This document shows, in pieces, positions 7,973 through 17,665 of a stretch of DNA of 31,048 bases. Source of the stretch: a virus; UHGV virus genome UHGV-0096129; one strand, written 5' to 3'. Both the position numbers and the translations under genes were made by a program. Under the pieces are notes generated by a model, which made no database searches, was not told the DNA's origin, and saw nothing but the letters and a program-made list of their open reading frames with translations. The first letter of the stretch is position 1. Each line of letters opens with the position of its first letter.

Positions 7973-8230
7973 TCTAACTCCTTTTTACTTAAGAAATGAC
8001 ATTGATTGTCTTAATGTTGTCGTAAGGGCGATGTAGATTGCCAGATCTGATTCAGCACTACCAGAGAAAACTGTCAGTCTATGTTTGACTCTGTGGGAAG
8101 GTAGTTTTGCGTACATTATTGCATCAAATTGCATTTGCTATTATTTGGCCTTTCATACAAATGAGCTCAAAACTGACGTGCTTTCGCCTGGCTTATACAT
8201 TTGCATCAAAACCGACCCATGAAGCGGGCG

Positions 8231-8249
8231 GGCGAGGCGGGGAAAGCAC
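8231..8249. other. cos site (19-nt cohesive end, P2-type)
   Basis: GGCGAGGCGGGGAAAGCAC followed by TGCGCGCTG.CGGTGGTGCTGATT matches the left end of the P2 genome as I recall it; location between the accessory region and Q matches P2 prophage topology. Confidence 0.7.
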
Positions 8250-8391
8250 TGCGCGCTGGCGGTGGTGCTGATTTTATTTTTTCAGCGTCTGAGCGCGTCG
8301 TGATGGCGTTTAAATTGTGCGCTGGGGCGTTGCTGTGTCTGCGGGCTGTTTTGTGCGGTGGTGAGCGTGTGAGGGCGTGATGACGGGATGT

Positions 8392-8413
8392 AAAAAAGCC
8401 GCCCGCAGGCGGC
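8392..8413 (-). terminator. rho-independent terminator downstream of Q (minus strand)
   Basis: On the minus strand: GCCGCC-TGCG-GGCGGC followed by TTTTTT, immediately after the Q stop codon. Confidence 0.6.
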
Positions 8414-8418
8414 GATGT

Positions 8419-9453
8419 TCAGCCGTTGTCAGTGTCCAGTGAGTAGTTTTTAAAGCGGATGACCTCCTGACCGAGCCAGCCGTTTATTTCCCGAATCCTG
8501 TCCTGTAACGGGATAAGCTCATTGCGGACAAAGACCTTTGCCACTTTCTCAATATCGCCCAGCGACCCGACATTCTCCGGCTTACCGCCCATCAACTGAA
8601 AGGGGATGCGGTGTGCGTCCAGCAGGTCAGCGGCGCTGGCTTTTTTGATATTAAAAAAATCGTCCTTCGTTGCCACTTCACTGAGCGGGATAATTTTAAT
8701 ACCGTCGGCTTTTCCCTGTGGGGCGTAGAGAAACAGGTTTTTAAAGTTGTTGCGGCCTTTCGACTTCACCATGTTTTCGCGAAGCATTTCGATATCGTTG
8801 CGATCCTGCACGGCATCGGTGACGTACATGATGTATCCGGCATGTGCGCCATTTTCGTAATACTTGCGGCGGAACAGCGTGGCCGACTCATTCAGCCAGG
8901 CAGAGTTAAGGGCGCTGAGATATTCCGGCAGGCCGTACAGCTCCTGATTAATATCCGGCTCCAGCAGGTGAAATACGGAGCCGGGCGCGAAAGGTGTCGG
9001 CTCGTTGAAGGACGGCACCCACCAGTAAACATCCTCCTCCACGCCACGGCGGGTATATTTTGCCGGTGAGGTTTCCAGTCTGATGACCTTACCGGTGGTG
9101 CTGTAACGCTTTTCCAGAAACGCATTACCGAACACCAGAAAATCCAGCACAAAGCGGCTGAAATCCTGCTGGGAAAGCCACGGGTGCGGGATAAACGTTG
9201 AAGCCAGAATATTACGTTTGACGTAAATCGGTGAGCTGTGATGCACGGCAGCACGCAGACTTTTTGCCAGACCGGTAAAGCTGACCGGCGGCTCATACCA
9301 TCTGCCGTTACTGATGCATTCGACGTAATCCAGAATGTCACGGCGGTCGAGTACCGGCACCGGCTCGCCAAAGGTGAATGCCTCCATTTTCGGGGCGCTG
9401 GCGGTCATTGTTTTTGCCGCAGGTTGCGGTGTTTTCCCTTTTTTCTTGCTCAT
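8419..9453 (-). CDS. Q: portal protein gpQ
   Basis: 344 aa, the P2 Q length as I recall it; ATGA overlap with the P stop; position next to cos and the terminase gene. Confidence 0.9.
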   Translation of the reverse strand: MSKKKGKTPQPAAKTMTASAPKMEAFTFGEPVPVLDRRDILDYVECISNGRWYEPPVSFTGLAKSLRAAVHHSSPIYVKRNILASTFIPHPWLSQQDFSRFVLDFLVFGNAFLEKRYSTTGKVIRLETSPAKYTRRGVEEDVYWWVPSFNEPTPFAPGSVFHLLEPDINQELYGLPEYLSALNSAWLNESATLFRRKYYENGAHAGYIMYVTDAVQDRNDIEMLRENMVKSKGRNNFKNLFLYAPQGKADGIKIIPLSEVATKDDFFNIKKASAADLLDAHRIPFQLMGGKPENVGSLGDIEKVAKVFVRNELIPLQDRIREINGWLGQEVIRFKNYSLDTDNG

Positions 9454-11225
9454 CAGTAAAACTCCAGAATGGTGGATGTCAGCGGGGTGCTGATACCGGC
9501 GGTGAGTGGCTCATTTAACAGGGCGTGCATGGTCGCCCAGGCGAGGTCGGCGTGGCTGGCTTCCTCGCTGCGGCTGGCCTCATAGGTGGCGCTGCGTCCG
9601 CTGCTGGTCATGGTCTTGCGGATAGCCATAAACGAGCTGGTGATGTCGGTGGCGCTGACGTCATATTCCAGACAGCCACGGCGGATAACGTCTTTTGCCT
9701 TGAGCACCATTGCGGTTTTCATTTCCGGCGTGTAGCGGATATCGCGCGCGGCGGGATAGAACGAGCGCACGAGCTGGAACACGCCGACACCGAGGCCGGT
9801 GGCATCAATCCCGATGTATTCAACGTTATATTTTTCGGTGAGTTTGCGGATGGATTCCGCCTGGGTGGCAAAGTCCATGCCTTTCCACTGGTGACGCTCA
9901 AGTATTCTGAATTTGCCACCGGCCACCACCGGCGGTGCCAGCACCACGCATCCGGCGCTGTCGCCACGGTGTGACGGGTCGTAACCAATCCATACCGGGC
10001 GGGAGCCGAACGGATTGGCGGCAAACGGCGCATAGTCTTCCCATTCTTCCAGCGTGTCGACCATGCAGCGTTGCAGCTCCTCGAACGGGAACACCGACGC
10101 CTTGTCGTCAACAAATTCACACATGAACAGGTTTTTAAAATCGTCGGCGCTGTTTTCACGTTTGAGCTGCTCAATGTCGAACAGCGTGCAGCCACCTTTC
10201 AGGGCGTCCTCAATGGTGACAATCTGCCGCCACTGGCCGTCCGCACAGAGAAGCCCACCGGCAAGGGCGTTATGACTGACGTCGATTTCCACGCGTTCGG
10301 CGGCGCTGGCGCGTCCCCGGTTGAACAGTTCACCTGACCAGAACGGGTAGGCGTCGTGCGCCAGCGTGGACGGGGTGGAGAAATAGGTCGAGCGCAGGTG
10401 ACTCTGTGAGGCCATACCTGATGCCACCTTACGCAGTACCTGAAAATTCGGGATCCAGAAAATCTCGTCGACGTACAGGTCGCCGTTATGGCTCTGTGCG
10501 GTGTTGGAGTTGGTGCCGAGAAAAATCAGTTTTGCGCCGTTATTGCCCAGGACAATCGGGTCACCGGTCAGGTCAATGTCAACCAGACGGGCAAAGGCGA
10601 TGATGTATTCACGGAACACATACGCCTGCGTTTTACTGGCCGACAGAAAAATCTGGTTATGACCGGTTTTCAGGGCGCGCAGCAGCGCCTCGCGGGAAAA
10701 ATAAAACGTCGCGCCAATCTGGCGGGATTTCAGGATATCGCGGATGCGGTGCTCAAGCCCGGCGCGATACCAGTGCAACTGATAGTCGAAAGACTGCTCA
10801 AAGAAAATCTGCTCCAGCTTTTCGATGGCCTCGTCACTGAAAAAATTCTTTTTCGGTTTGCGCCGCCCGCCTTTGTTGCGGTTAGCGACGTTCGGATTAA
10901 GGTCTGCCTCGTTGCCGGTCTGGCTGTAACGGTTGACCCGTGCCAGTCGTTCAATCTGGCGTCCGAGCAGGTCAATTTCCTTGAAGTCACCGCCGGTTTT
11001 CTGCGGTTTGATGATGAGCTGGGTCAGCCGCGCTTCCAGACTCATTTCGACACGGCTGATGGGGGCAACGCTGTCCCAGCCGTCGCGCTGTTTCCAGCTC
11101 TGCACCGTCGGGCGTTTCATCTGCAACATGGCGGCAATCTGCGGCACGGAAAACCCCTGCCAGTACAGCAGCGCCGCCTGACGACGCGGGTCGTGTAAAA
11201 GAGTGGTGTCTGTGGTGATGGTCAT
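9453..11225 (-). CDS. P: terminase large (ATPase) subunit gpP
   Basis: Track ORF 9453..11255; start at 11225 (MTITTDTTLL...) has a GAGG ribosome-binding site and gives 590 aa, the P2 P length as I recall it. Divergent from O as in P2. Confidence 0.9.
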   Translation of the reverse strand: MTITTDTTLLHDPRRQAALLYWQGFSVPQIAAMLQMKRPTVQSWKQRDGWDSVAPISRVEMSLEARLTQLIIKPQKTGGDFKEIDLLGRQIERLARVNRYSQTGNEADLNPNVANRNKGGRRKPKKNFFSDEAIEKLEQIFFEQSFDYQLHWYRAGLEHRIRDILKSRQIGATFYFSREALLRALKTGHNQIFLSASKTQAYVFREYIIAFARLVDIDLTGDPIVLGNNGAKLIFLGTNSNTAQSHNGDLYVDEIFWIPNFQVLRKVASGMASQSHLRSTYFSTPSTLAHDAYPFWSGELFNRGRASAAERVEIDVSHNALAGGLLCADGQWRQIVTIEDALKGGCTLFDIEQLKRENSADDFKNLFMCEFVDDKASVFPFEELQRCMVDTLEEWEDYAPFAANPFGSRPVWIGYDPSHRGDSAGCVVLAPPVVAGGKFRILERHQWKGMDFATQAESIRKLTEKYNVEYIGIDATGLGVGVFQLVRSFYPAARDIRYTPEMKTAMVLKAKDVIRRGCLEYDVSATDITSSFMAIRKTMTSSGRSATYEASRSEEASHADLAWATMHALLNEPLTAGISTPLTSTILEFY

Positions 11226-11398
11226 GAATACCTCGCCGTGATGAATACACGGCAAGGCTACTTAGTCGCGCCCCGCGATTCGCTAAGGTGCTGTTGTGTC
11301 AGTGATAAGCCATCCGGGACTGATGGCGGAGGATGCGCATCGTCGGGAAACTGATGCCGACATGTGACTCCTCTAATCACTATTCAGGACTCCTGACA

Positions 11399-12253
11399 AT
11401 GGCAAAAAAAGTCTCAAAATTCTTTCGTATCGGCGTTGAGGGTGACACCTGTGACGGGCGTGTCATCAGTGCGCAGGATATTCAGGAAATGGCCGAAACC
11501 TTTGACCCGCGAGTCTATGGTTGCCGCATTAACCTGGAACATCTGCGCGGCATCCTGCCTGACGGTATTTTTAAACGTTATGGTGATGTGGCCGAACTGA
11601 AGGCCGAAAAGATTGACGATGATTCGGCGCTGAAAGGCAAATGGGCGCTGTTTGCGAAAATCACCCCGACCGATGACCTTATCGCGATGAACAAGGCCGC
11701 GCAGAAGGTCTATACCTCCATGGAAATTCAGCCGAACTTTGCCAACACCGGCAAATGTTATCTGGTGGGGCTGGCCGTCACCGATGACCCGGCAAGCCTC
11801 GGCACGGAATACCTGGAATTCTGCCGCACGGCAAAACACAACCCTCTGAACCGCTTCAAATTAAGCCCTGAAAACCTGATTTCAGTGGCAACGCCCGTTG
11901 AGCTGGAATTTGAAGACCTGCCTGAAACCGTGTTCACCGCCCTGACCGAAAAGGTGAAATCCATTTTTGGCCGCAAACAGGCCAGCGATGACGCCCGTCT
12001 GAATGATGTGCATGAAGCGGTGACCGCTGTTGCTGAACATGTGCAGGAAAAACTGAGCGCCACTGAGCAGCGCCTCGCTGAGATGGAAACCGCCTTTTCC
12101 GCACTTAAGCAGGAGGTGACTGACAGGGCGGATGAAACCAGCCAGGCATTCACCCGCCTGAAAAACAGTCTCGACCACACCGAAAGTCTGACCCAGCAGC
12201 GCCGCAGCAAGGCCACCGGTGGTGGCGGTGACGCCCTGATGACGAACTGCTGA
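11399..12253 (+). CDS. O: capsid scaffolding protein gpO
   Basis: Track ORF 11333..12253; ATG at 11399 (MAKKVSKFF...) gives 284 aa, the P2 O length as I recall it; synteny. Confidence 0.85.
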   Translation: MAKKVSKFFRIGVEGDTCDGRVISAQDIQEMAETFDPRVYGCRINLEHLRGILPDGIFKRYGDVAELKAEKIDDDSALKGKWALFAKITPTDDLIAMNKAAQKVYTSMEIQPNFANTGKCYLVGLAVTDDPASLGTEYLEFCRTAKHNPLNRFKLSPENLISVATPVELEFEDLPETVFTALTEKVKSIFGRKQASDDARLNDVHEAVTAVAEHVQEKLSATEQRLAEMETAFSALKQEVTDRADETSQAFTRLKNSLDHTESLTQQRRSKATGGGGDALMTNC

Positions 12254-12311
12254 CCGGCGTCAGCCAGTCCGGGAAAACCTTCACGATTAACCCTTAATTT
12301 CAGGAAAAACT

Positions 12312-13385
12312 ATGCGCCAGGAAACCCGCTTTAAATTTAATGCCTACCTGTCCCGTGTTGCCGAACTGAACGGCATTGACGCCGGTGATGTGTCGAAAAA
12401 ATTCACCGTTGAACCGTCGGTCACCCAGACCCTGATGAACACCATGCAGGAGTCCTCTGACTTTCTGACCCGCATCAACATTGTGCCGGTCAGCGAAATG
12501 AAAGGGGAAAAAATTGGTATCGGTGTCACCGGCTCCATTGCCAGCACCACCGACACCGCCGGTGGCACCGAGCGTCAGCCGAAGGACTTCTCGAAGCTGG
12601 CGTCCAACAAGTACGAATGCGACCAGATTAACTTCGATTTTTATATCCGCTACAAAACGCTGGACCTGTGGGCGCGTTATCAGGATTTCCAGCTCCGTGT
12701 CCGTAACGCCATTATCAAACGTCAGGCTCTTGATTTAATCATGGCCGGTTTTAACGGTGTGAAGCGTGCCGAAACCTCTGACCGCAGCAGTAACCCGATG
12801 CTGCAGGATGTGGCGGTCGGCTGGCTGCAGAAATACCGCAATGAAGCCCCGGCGCGCGTGATGAGCAAGGTTACTGACGAGGAAGGTCACACCACCTCTG
12901 AGGTCATCCGCGTGGGTAAGGGCGGTGATTATGCCAGCCTCGATGCACTGGTAATGGATGCGACCAACAACCTGATTGAGCCGTGGTATCAGGAAGACCC
13001 TGACCTTGTGGTGATTGTGGGGCGTCAGCTACTGGCGGACAAGTATTTCCCTATCGTCAACAAGGAGCAGGACAACAGCGAAATGCTGGCCGCTGACGTC
13101 ATCATCAGCCAGAAACGCATCGGTAACCTGCCGGCGGTACGCGTCCCGTACTTCCCGGCGGATGCGATGCTCATCACGAAGCTGGAAAACCTGTCCATCT
13201 ACTACATGGATGACAGCCATCGCCGCGTGATTGAGGAAAACCCGAAACTCGACCGCGTGGAGAACTACGAGTCAATGAACATTGATTACGTGGTGGAAGA
13301 CTACGCCGCCGGTTGTCTGGTGGAAAAAATTAAGGTCGGTGATTTCTCCACACCGGCTAAGGCGACCGCAGAGCCGGGAGCGTAA
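12312..13385 (+). CDS. N: major capsid protein gpN
   Basis: 357 aa; synteny between O and M. Confidence 0.9.
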   Translation: MRQETRFKFNAYLSRVAELNGIDAGDVSKKFTVEPSVTQTLMNTMQESSDFLTRINIVPVSEMKGEKIGIGVTGSIASTTDTAGGTERQPKDFSKLASNKYECDQINFDFYIRYKTLDLWARYQDFQLRVRNAIIKRQALDLIMAGFNGVKRAETSDRSSNPMLQDVAVGWLQKYRNEAPARVMSKVTDEEGHTTSEVIRVGKGGDYASLDALVMDATNNLIEPWYQEDPDLVVIVGRQLLADKYFPIVNKEQDNSEMLAADVIISQKRIGNLPAVRVPYFPADAMLITKLENLSIYYMDDSHRRVIEENPKLDRVENYESMNIDYVVEDYAAGCLVEKIKVGDFSTPAKATAEPGA

Positions 13386-13388
13386 CCG

Positions 13389-14132
13389 ATGACGAGTCCC
13401 GCACAGCGCCACATGATGCGGGTCTCGGCAGCGATGACCGCGCAGCGGGAAGCCGCCCCGCTGCGACATGCAACTGTCTATGAGCAGATGCTGGTTAAGC
13501 TCGCCGCAGACCAGCGCACACTGAAAGCGATTTATTCAAAAGAGCTGAAGGCCGCAAAAAAACGCGAACTGCTGCCGTACTGGTTGCCGTGGGTGAACGG
13601 CGTGCTGGAACAGGGCAAAGGTGCACAGGATGACATTCTGATGACGGTCATGCTGTGGCGTCTGGATACCGGCGATATTGCCGGTGCGCTGGAGATTGCC
13701 CGTTATGCCCTGAAATACGGTCTGACCATGCCGGGTAAACACCGCCGTACCCCGCCGTACATGTTCACCGAGGAGGTCGCACTCGCGGCCATGCGTGCCC
13801 ACGCTGCCGGTGAATCCGTGGATACCCGCCTGCTGACGGACACCCTCGAACTGACCGCCACGGCTGACATGCCTGATGAAGTGCGCGCAAAGCTGCACAA
13901 AATCACCGGTCTGTTTCTGCGTGACGCTGGTGATGCCGCAGGGGCGCTGGCTCACCTGCAACGCGCGACACAGCTCGACTGTCAGGCAGGCGTCAAAAAA
14001 GAGATTGAACGACTGGAGCGGGAGCTGAAACCGAAGCCGGAGCCGCAGCCAAAAGCGGCCACCCGCGCCCCGCGTAAGACCCGGAGTGCGACACCGGCAA
14101 AACGTGGACGCCCGAAAAAGAAAGCCAGTTAA
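13389..14132 (+). CDS. M: terminase small (endonuclease) subunit gpM
   Basis: 247 aa with a basic, lysine/arginine-rich C-terminus; synteny. Confidence 0.85.
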   Translation: MTSPAQRHMMRVSAAMTAQREAAPLRHATVYEQMLVKLAADQRTLKAIYSKELKAAKKRELLPYWLPWVNGVLEQGKGAQDDILMTVMLWRLDTGDIAGALEIARYALKYGLTMPGKHRRTPPYMFTEEVALAAMRAHAAGESVDTRLLTDTLELTATADMPDEVRAKLHKITGLFLRDAGDAAGALAHLQRATQLDCQAGVKKEIERLERELKPKPEPQPKAATRAPRKTRSATPAKRGRPKKKAS

Positions 14133-14231
14133 CAACCGAATGCGCCCCGCGCCAGGGCGGCACGCCGGTCAGTGAGGGTGAATCATCTGACACTGCACCG
14201 GCGTCCACCGCCCGACTTTTCAGAGGTAGTC

Positions 14232-14741
14232 ATGATGACGCTGATTATTCCGCGAAAGGAGGCTCCCGTGTCCGGTGAGGGTACGGTGGTCATCCCGCAA
14301 CCGGCAGGCGACGAGCCGGTGATTAAAAACACGTTCTTTTTTCCCGATATCGACCCGAAGCGCGTCCGGGAACGTATGCGCCTTGAGCAGACTGTCGCCC
14401 CCGCCCGTCTGCGTGAGGCCATCAAGTCAGGCATGGCGGAAACAAATGCGGAGCTGTACGAGTACCGCGAACAGAAAATTGCCGCCGGTTTTACGCGTCT
14501 GGCGGACGTCCCGGCGGACGACATCGACGGTGAAAGTATCAAAGTTTTTTACTACGAGCGCGCCGTGTGTGCGATGGCGACCGCGTCGCTTTATGAGCGT
14601 TACCGCGGCGTGGATGCCAGTGCGAAAGGAGACAAGAAGGCCGACAGCATTGACAGCACCATTGATGAGCTGTGGCGGGATATGCGCTGGGCAGTGGCGC
14701 GCATCCAGGACAAGCCGCGCTGCATCGTGAGTCAAATCTGA
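14232..14741 (+). CDS. L: head completion / stabilisation protein gpL
   Basis: Track ORF 14172..14741; ATG at 14232 (MMTLIIPRKE...) with GAGG upstream gives 169 aa. Confidence 0.8.
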   Translation: MMTLIIPRKEAPVSGEGTVVIPQPAGDEPVIKNTFFFPDIDPKRVRERMRLEQTVAPARLREAIKSGMAETNAELYEYREQKIAAGFTRLADVPADDIDGESIKVFYYERAVCAMATASLYERYRGVDASAKGDKKADSIDSTIDELWRDMRWAVARIQDKPRCIVSQI

Positions 14742-14944
14742 TGAAGACCTTTGCGCTACAGGGCGACACGCTCGACGCCATTTGTGTCCGGTATTACGGG
14801 CGCACTGAGGGCGTGGTTGAGACCGTGCTCGCCGCAAATCCGGGACTGGCTGAACTGGGTGCGGTGCTGCCACACGGCACCGCCGTCGAACTGCCCGACG
14901 TTCAGACCGCGCCCGTGGCTGAAACTGTCAATCTGTGGGAGTAA
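14741..14944 (+). CDS. X: tail protein gpX
   Basis: 67 aa (MKTFALQGDTLDAICVRYYG...); ATGA overlap with the L stop. Confidence 0.8.
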   Translation: MKTFALQGDTLDAICVRYYGRTEGVVETVLAANPGLAELGAVLPHGTAVELPDVQTAPVAETVNLWE

Positions 14945-14947
14945 CGC

Positions 14948-15229
14948 ATGACAGCAGAAGAAAAAAGCGTCCTGTCGCTTTTCATGATTGGGGTGCTGAT
15001 TGTTGTCGGCAAGGTGCTTGCCGGTGGTGAACCCATCACCCCGCGTCTGTTTATCGGGCGCATGTTGCTCGGTGGTTTTGTCTCGATGGTTGCCGGTGTT
15101 GTTCTGGTGCAGTTTCCTGACCTGTCACTGCCTGCGGTGTGCGGTATCGGCTCCATGCTGGGTATCGCCGGTTATCAGGTGATTGAGATTGCCATTCAGC
15201 GCCGCTTTAAGGGCAGGGGGAAACCGTAA
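14948..15229 (+). CDS. Y: holin gpY
   Basis: 93 aa with hydrophobic transmembrane segments; first gene of the lysis cassette. Confidence 0.8.
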   Translation: MTAEEKSVLSLFMIGVLIVVGKVLAGGEPITPRLFIGRMLLGGFVSMVAGVVLVQFPDLSLPAVCGIGSMLGIAGYQVIEIAIQRRFKGRGKP

Positions 15230-15726
15230 TGCCGGTTATTAACACGCATCAGAATATCGCCGCCTTTCTCGACATGCTGGCCGTGTCCGAAGGGACGGCA
15301 AACCATCCGCTGACGAAAAACCGGGGCTATGACGTGATAGTCACCGGACTGGACGGGAAGCCGGAAATTTTCACCGACTACAGTGACCACCCGTTCGCAC
15401 ATGGCCGACCGGCGAAGGTGTTTAACCGTCGCGGTGAAAAATCCACGGCCTCCGGTCGCTATCAGCAGCTTTACCTGTTCTGGCCGCATTACCGCAAACA
15501 GCTTGCCCTGCCGGATTTCAGTCCGTTGTCACAGGACAGACTCGCCATTCAGTTGATCCGCGAACGCGGTGCACTGGATGACATCCGGGCGGGACGCATT
15601 GAACGCGCCATTTCACGCTGTCGCAATATCTGGGCGTCCCTGCCGGGTGCCGGTTACGGTCAGCGTGAGCATTCACTGGAAAAACTGGTCACCGTCTGGC
15701 GTACCGCTGGCGGCGTACCGGCTTAA
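15229..15726 (+). CDS. K: endolysin gpK (lysozyme-like)
   Basis: 165 aa; TAATG overlap with Y; synteny. Confidence 0.85.
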   Translation: MPVINTHQNIAAFLDMLAVSEGTANHPLTKNRGYDVIVTGLDGKPEIFTDYSDHPFAHGRPAKVFNRRGEKSTASGRYQQLYLFWPHYRKQLALPDFSPLSQDRLAIQLIRERGALDDIRAGRIERAISRCRNIWASLPGAGYGQREHSLEKLVTVWRTAGGVPA

Positions 15727-15740
15727 ACGGAGTAAACACC

Positions 15741-16166
15741 ATGAAGAAATTATCCCTTTCACTGATGCTGAACGTGTCGCTGGCGCTGATGCTGGCACTG
15801 TCCCTGATTTACCCGCAGAGCGTGGCCGTCAGTTTTGTCGCTGCCTGGGCGATTCTGGCGACGGTTATCTGTGTGGTTGCCGGTGGTGTCGGCGTGTATG
15901 CCACTGAGTATGTGCTGGAACGCTACGGGCGGGAGCTGCCGCCGGAATCGCTGGCCGTGAAGATTGTCACGTCGCTGTTTTTGCAGCCGGTGCCGTGGCG
16001 CAGGCGGGCAGCGGCTCTGGTGGTGATGGTGGCGACGTTTATCTCGCTGGTCGCTGCCGGGTGGATTTTTACTGCGCTGATTTATCTCGTGGCGTCGCTG
16101 TTCTTCCGGCTGATACGTACGGCCTGCCGTCAGCGTCTTGAGGGGCGGGAACTATGTCAAAGCTGA
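15741..16166 (+). CDS. lysA: lysis timing protein LysA (multi-pass membrane protein)
   Basis: 141 aa, highly hydrophobic; synteny. Confidence 0.75.
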   Translation: MKKLSLSLMLNVSLALMLALSLIYPQSVAVSFVAAWAILATVICVVAGGVGVYATEYVLERYGRELPPESLAVKIVTSLFLQPVPWRRRAAALVVMVATFISLVAAGWIFTALIYLVASLFFRLIRTACRQRLEGRELCQS

Positions 16167-16579
16167 TGATTGTGCTGGTCGTGTTGTTATCGCTGGCGGT
16201 GGTCGGTCTGTTTCTGGTGAAACACAAAAATGCCAGCCTGCGCGCCTCGCTGGACAGGGCGAACAACGTCGCCAGCGGGCAGCAGACGACCATCACCGTG
16301 CTGAAAAATCAGCTTCATGTTGCCCTCACCAGGGCAGACAAAAACGAGATGGCGCAGGTGGCACTGCGTCAGGAGCTGGAGAACGCCGCGAAGCGTGAAG
16401 CACAGCGCGAGAAAACCATCACGAGGTTACTTAATGAAAACGAAGATTTTCGCCGCTGGTACGGTGCTGACCTGCCTGATGCTGTGCGCCGGTTGCACCA
16501 TCGCCCGGCCTGCACCGACGCCAGTGATTGTCCACAACGCCTGCCCGAAAGTGAGTCTTTGCCCGATGCCGGGCAGTGA
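16154..16579 (+). CDS. lysB: LysB (Rz-like spanin component)
   Basis: 141 aa, N-terminal transmembrane helix followed by a charged, coiled-coil-like region. Confidence 0.75.
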   Translation: MSKLMIVLVVLLSLAVVGLFLVKHKNASLRASLDRANNVASGQQTTITVLKNQLHVALTRADKNEMAQVALRQELENAAKREAQREKTITRLLNENEDFRRWYGADLPDAVRRLHHRPACTDASDCPQRLPESESLPDAGQ

Positions 16580-16724
16580 CCCGCAGAAGAACGGCGATTT
16601 AAGTGCCGATATCCGGCAGCTTGAGAACGCGCTGGCACGCTGTGCCAGCCAGGTAAAAATGATTAAACACTGTCAGGACGAAAACGATGCTCAAACCCGA
16701 CAGCCTGCGCAGGGCGCTGACTGA
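16434..16724 (+). CDS. lysC: LysC (Rz1-like lipoprotein embedded out of frame in lysB, extending into R)
   Basis: ATG at 16434 inside track ORF 16317..16724; MKTKIFAAGTVLTCLMLCAGC... has a signal peptide and lipobox cysteine, is Pro-rich, and is 96 aa. Confidence 0.65.
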   Translation: MKTKIFAAGTVLTCLMLCAGCTIARPAPTPVIVHNACPKVSLCPMPGSDPQKNGDLSADIRQLENALARCASQVKMIKHCQDENDAQTRQPAQGAD

Positions 16725-17154
16725 TGCCGTCACGGTGCTGAAAACTAACCCCGATATGCTGCGGATATTCGTGGATAACGGGAGTATTGCCTCCACGCTG
16801 GCGGCGTCGTTGTCATTCGAAAAGCGTTACACGCTCAATGTCATTGTGACCGACTTTACCGGTGATTTTGACCTGCTCATCGTGCCGGTGCTGGCGTGGC
16901 TGCGGGTAAATCAGCCCGACATCATGACCACCGACGCAGGTCAGAAAAAGGGCTTCACGTTTTATGCAGACATCAACAATGACAGCAGCTTTGATATCAG
17001 TATCAGCCTGATGCTGACCGAGCGCACGCTGGTCAGTGAGGTTGAAGGTGCACTGCATGTGAAGAATATCCCGGAACCTTCGCCGCCGGAGCCAGTCACC
17101 CGCCCGATGGAGCTGTATATCAATGGCGAACTGGTGAGCAAGTGGGATGAATGA
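16687..17154 (+). CDS. R: tail completion protein gpR
   Basis: 155 aa; synteny. Confidence 0.85.
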   Translation: MLKPDSLRRALTDAVTVLKTNPDMLRIFVDNGSIASTLAASLSFEKRYTLNVIVTDFTGDFDLLIVPVLAWLRVNQPDIMTTDAGQKKGFTFYADINNDSSFDISISLMLTERTLVSEVEGALHVKNIPEPSPPEPVTRPMELYINGELVSKWDE

Positions 17155-17599
17155 GTTTAAGCGTTTTGAAGACCGGCTGGCCGGACTGACTGAATCGCTG
17201 TCACCGTCTGGGCGTCGGCGACTGAGTGCCGAACTGGCGAAACGTCTGCGGCAGAGTCAGCAGCGTCGGGTGATGGCTCAGAAAGCCCCGGACGGCACAC
17301 CCTACGCGCCACGCCAGCAGCAGAGCGCCAGAAAAAAGACCGGTCGCGTTAAGCGAAAAATGTTTGCGAAACTTATCACCAGTCGTTTTTTGCATATCCG
17401 CGCCAGCCCGGAACAGGCATCAATGGAGTTTTACGGCGGGAAGTCACCGAAAATCGCCAGTGTGCATCAGTTCGGTCTGTCGGAAGAAAACCGGAAAGAC
17501 GGTAAGAAAATTGATTATCCGGCGCGCCCTCTGCTCGGCTTCACCGGTGAGGATGTGCAGATGATTGAAGAGATTATCCTGGCTCACCTTGAGCGTTAG
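17147..17599 (+). CDS. S: tail completion protein gpS
   Basis: 150 aa; synteny. Confidence 0.85.
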   Translation: MNEFKRFEDRLAGLTESLSPSGRRRLSAELAKRLRQSQQRRVMAQKAPDGTPYAPRQQQSARKKTGRVKRKMFAKLITSRFLHIRASPEQASMEFYGGKSPKIASVHQFGLSEENRKDGKKIDYPARPLLGFTGEDVQMIEEIILAHLER

Positions 17600-17665
17600 T
17601 TGTGCCATTCCCGACACCTCATCGTCACATTGCCGCCGGTATGACCCGGCGGCATCCTTCCCGTT

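Noticed and set aside
8119-8210. Direct repeats of TTGCATCAAA (8119 and 8201) just upstream of cos, considered as terminase (cosB-like) binding sites
   Set aside because: A single exact 10-mer repeat in AT-rich DNA is within chance expectation; without alignment to P2 packaging-signal data I cannot support it.
9525-11198. Several plus-strand ORFs (9525..9974, 9935..10126, 10054..10337, 10488..11198, 10933..11181) inside the terminase gene P region
   Set aside because: They lie antisense to, and entirely within, the well-supported minus-strand P gene in a GC-rich region where long spurious ORFs are expected; no ribosome-binding site or independent support.
17601-17616. TGT-N10-ACA near-dyad upstream of V as a late promoter
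   Set aside because: Spacing is 10 rather than 12, and the dyad is only ~57 nt from the V start codon, leaving no room for a promoter plus leader.
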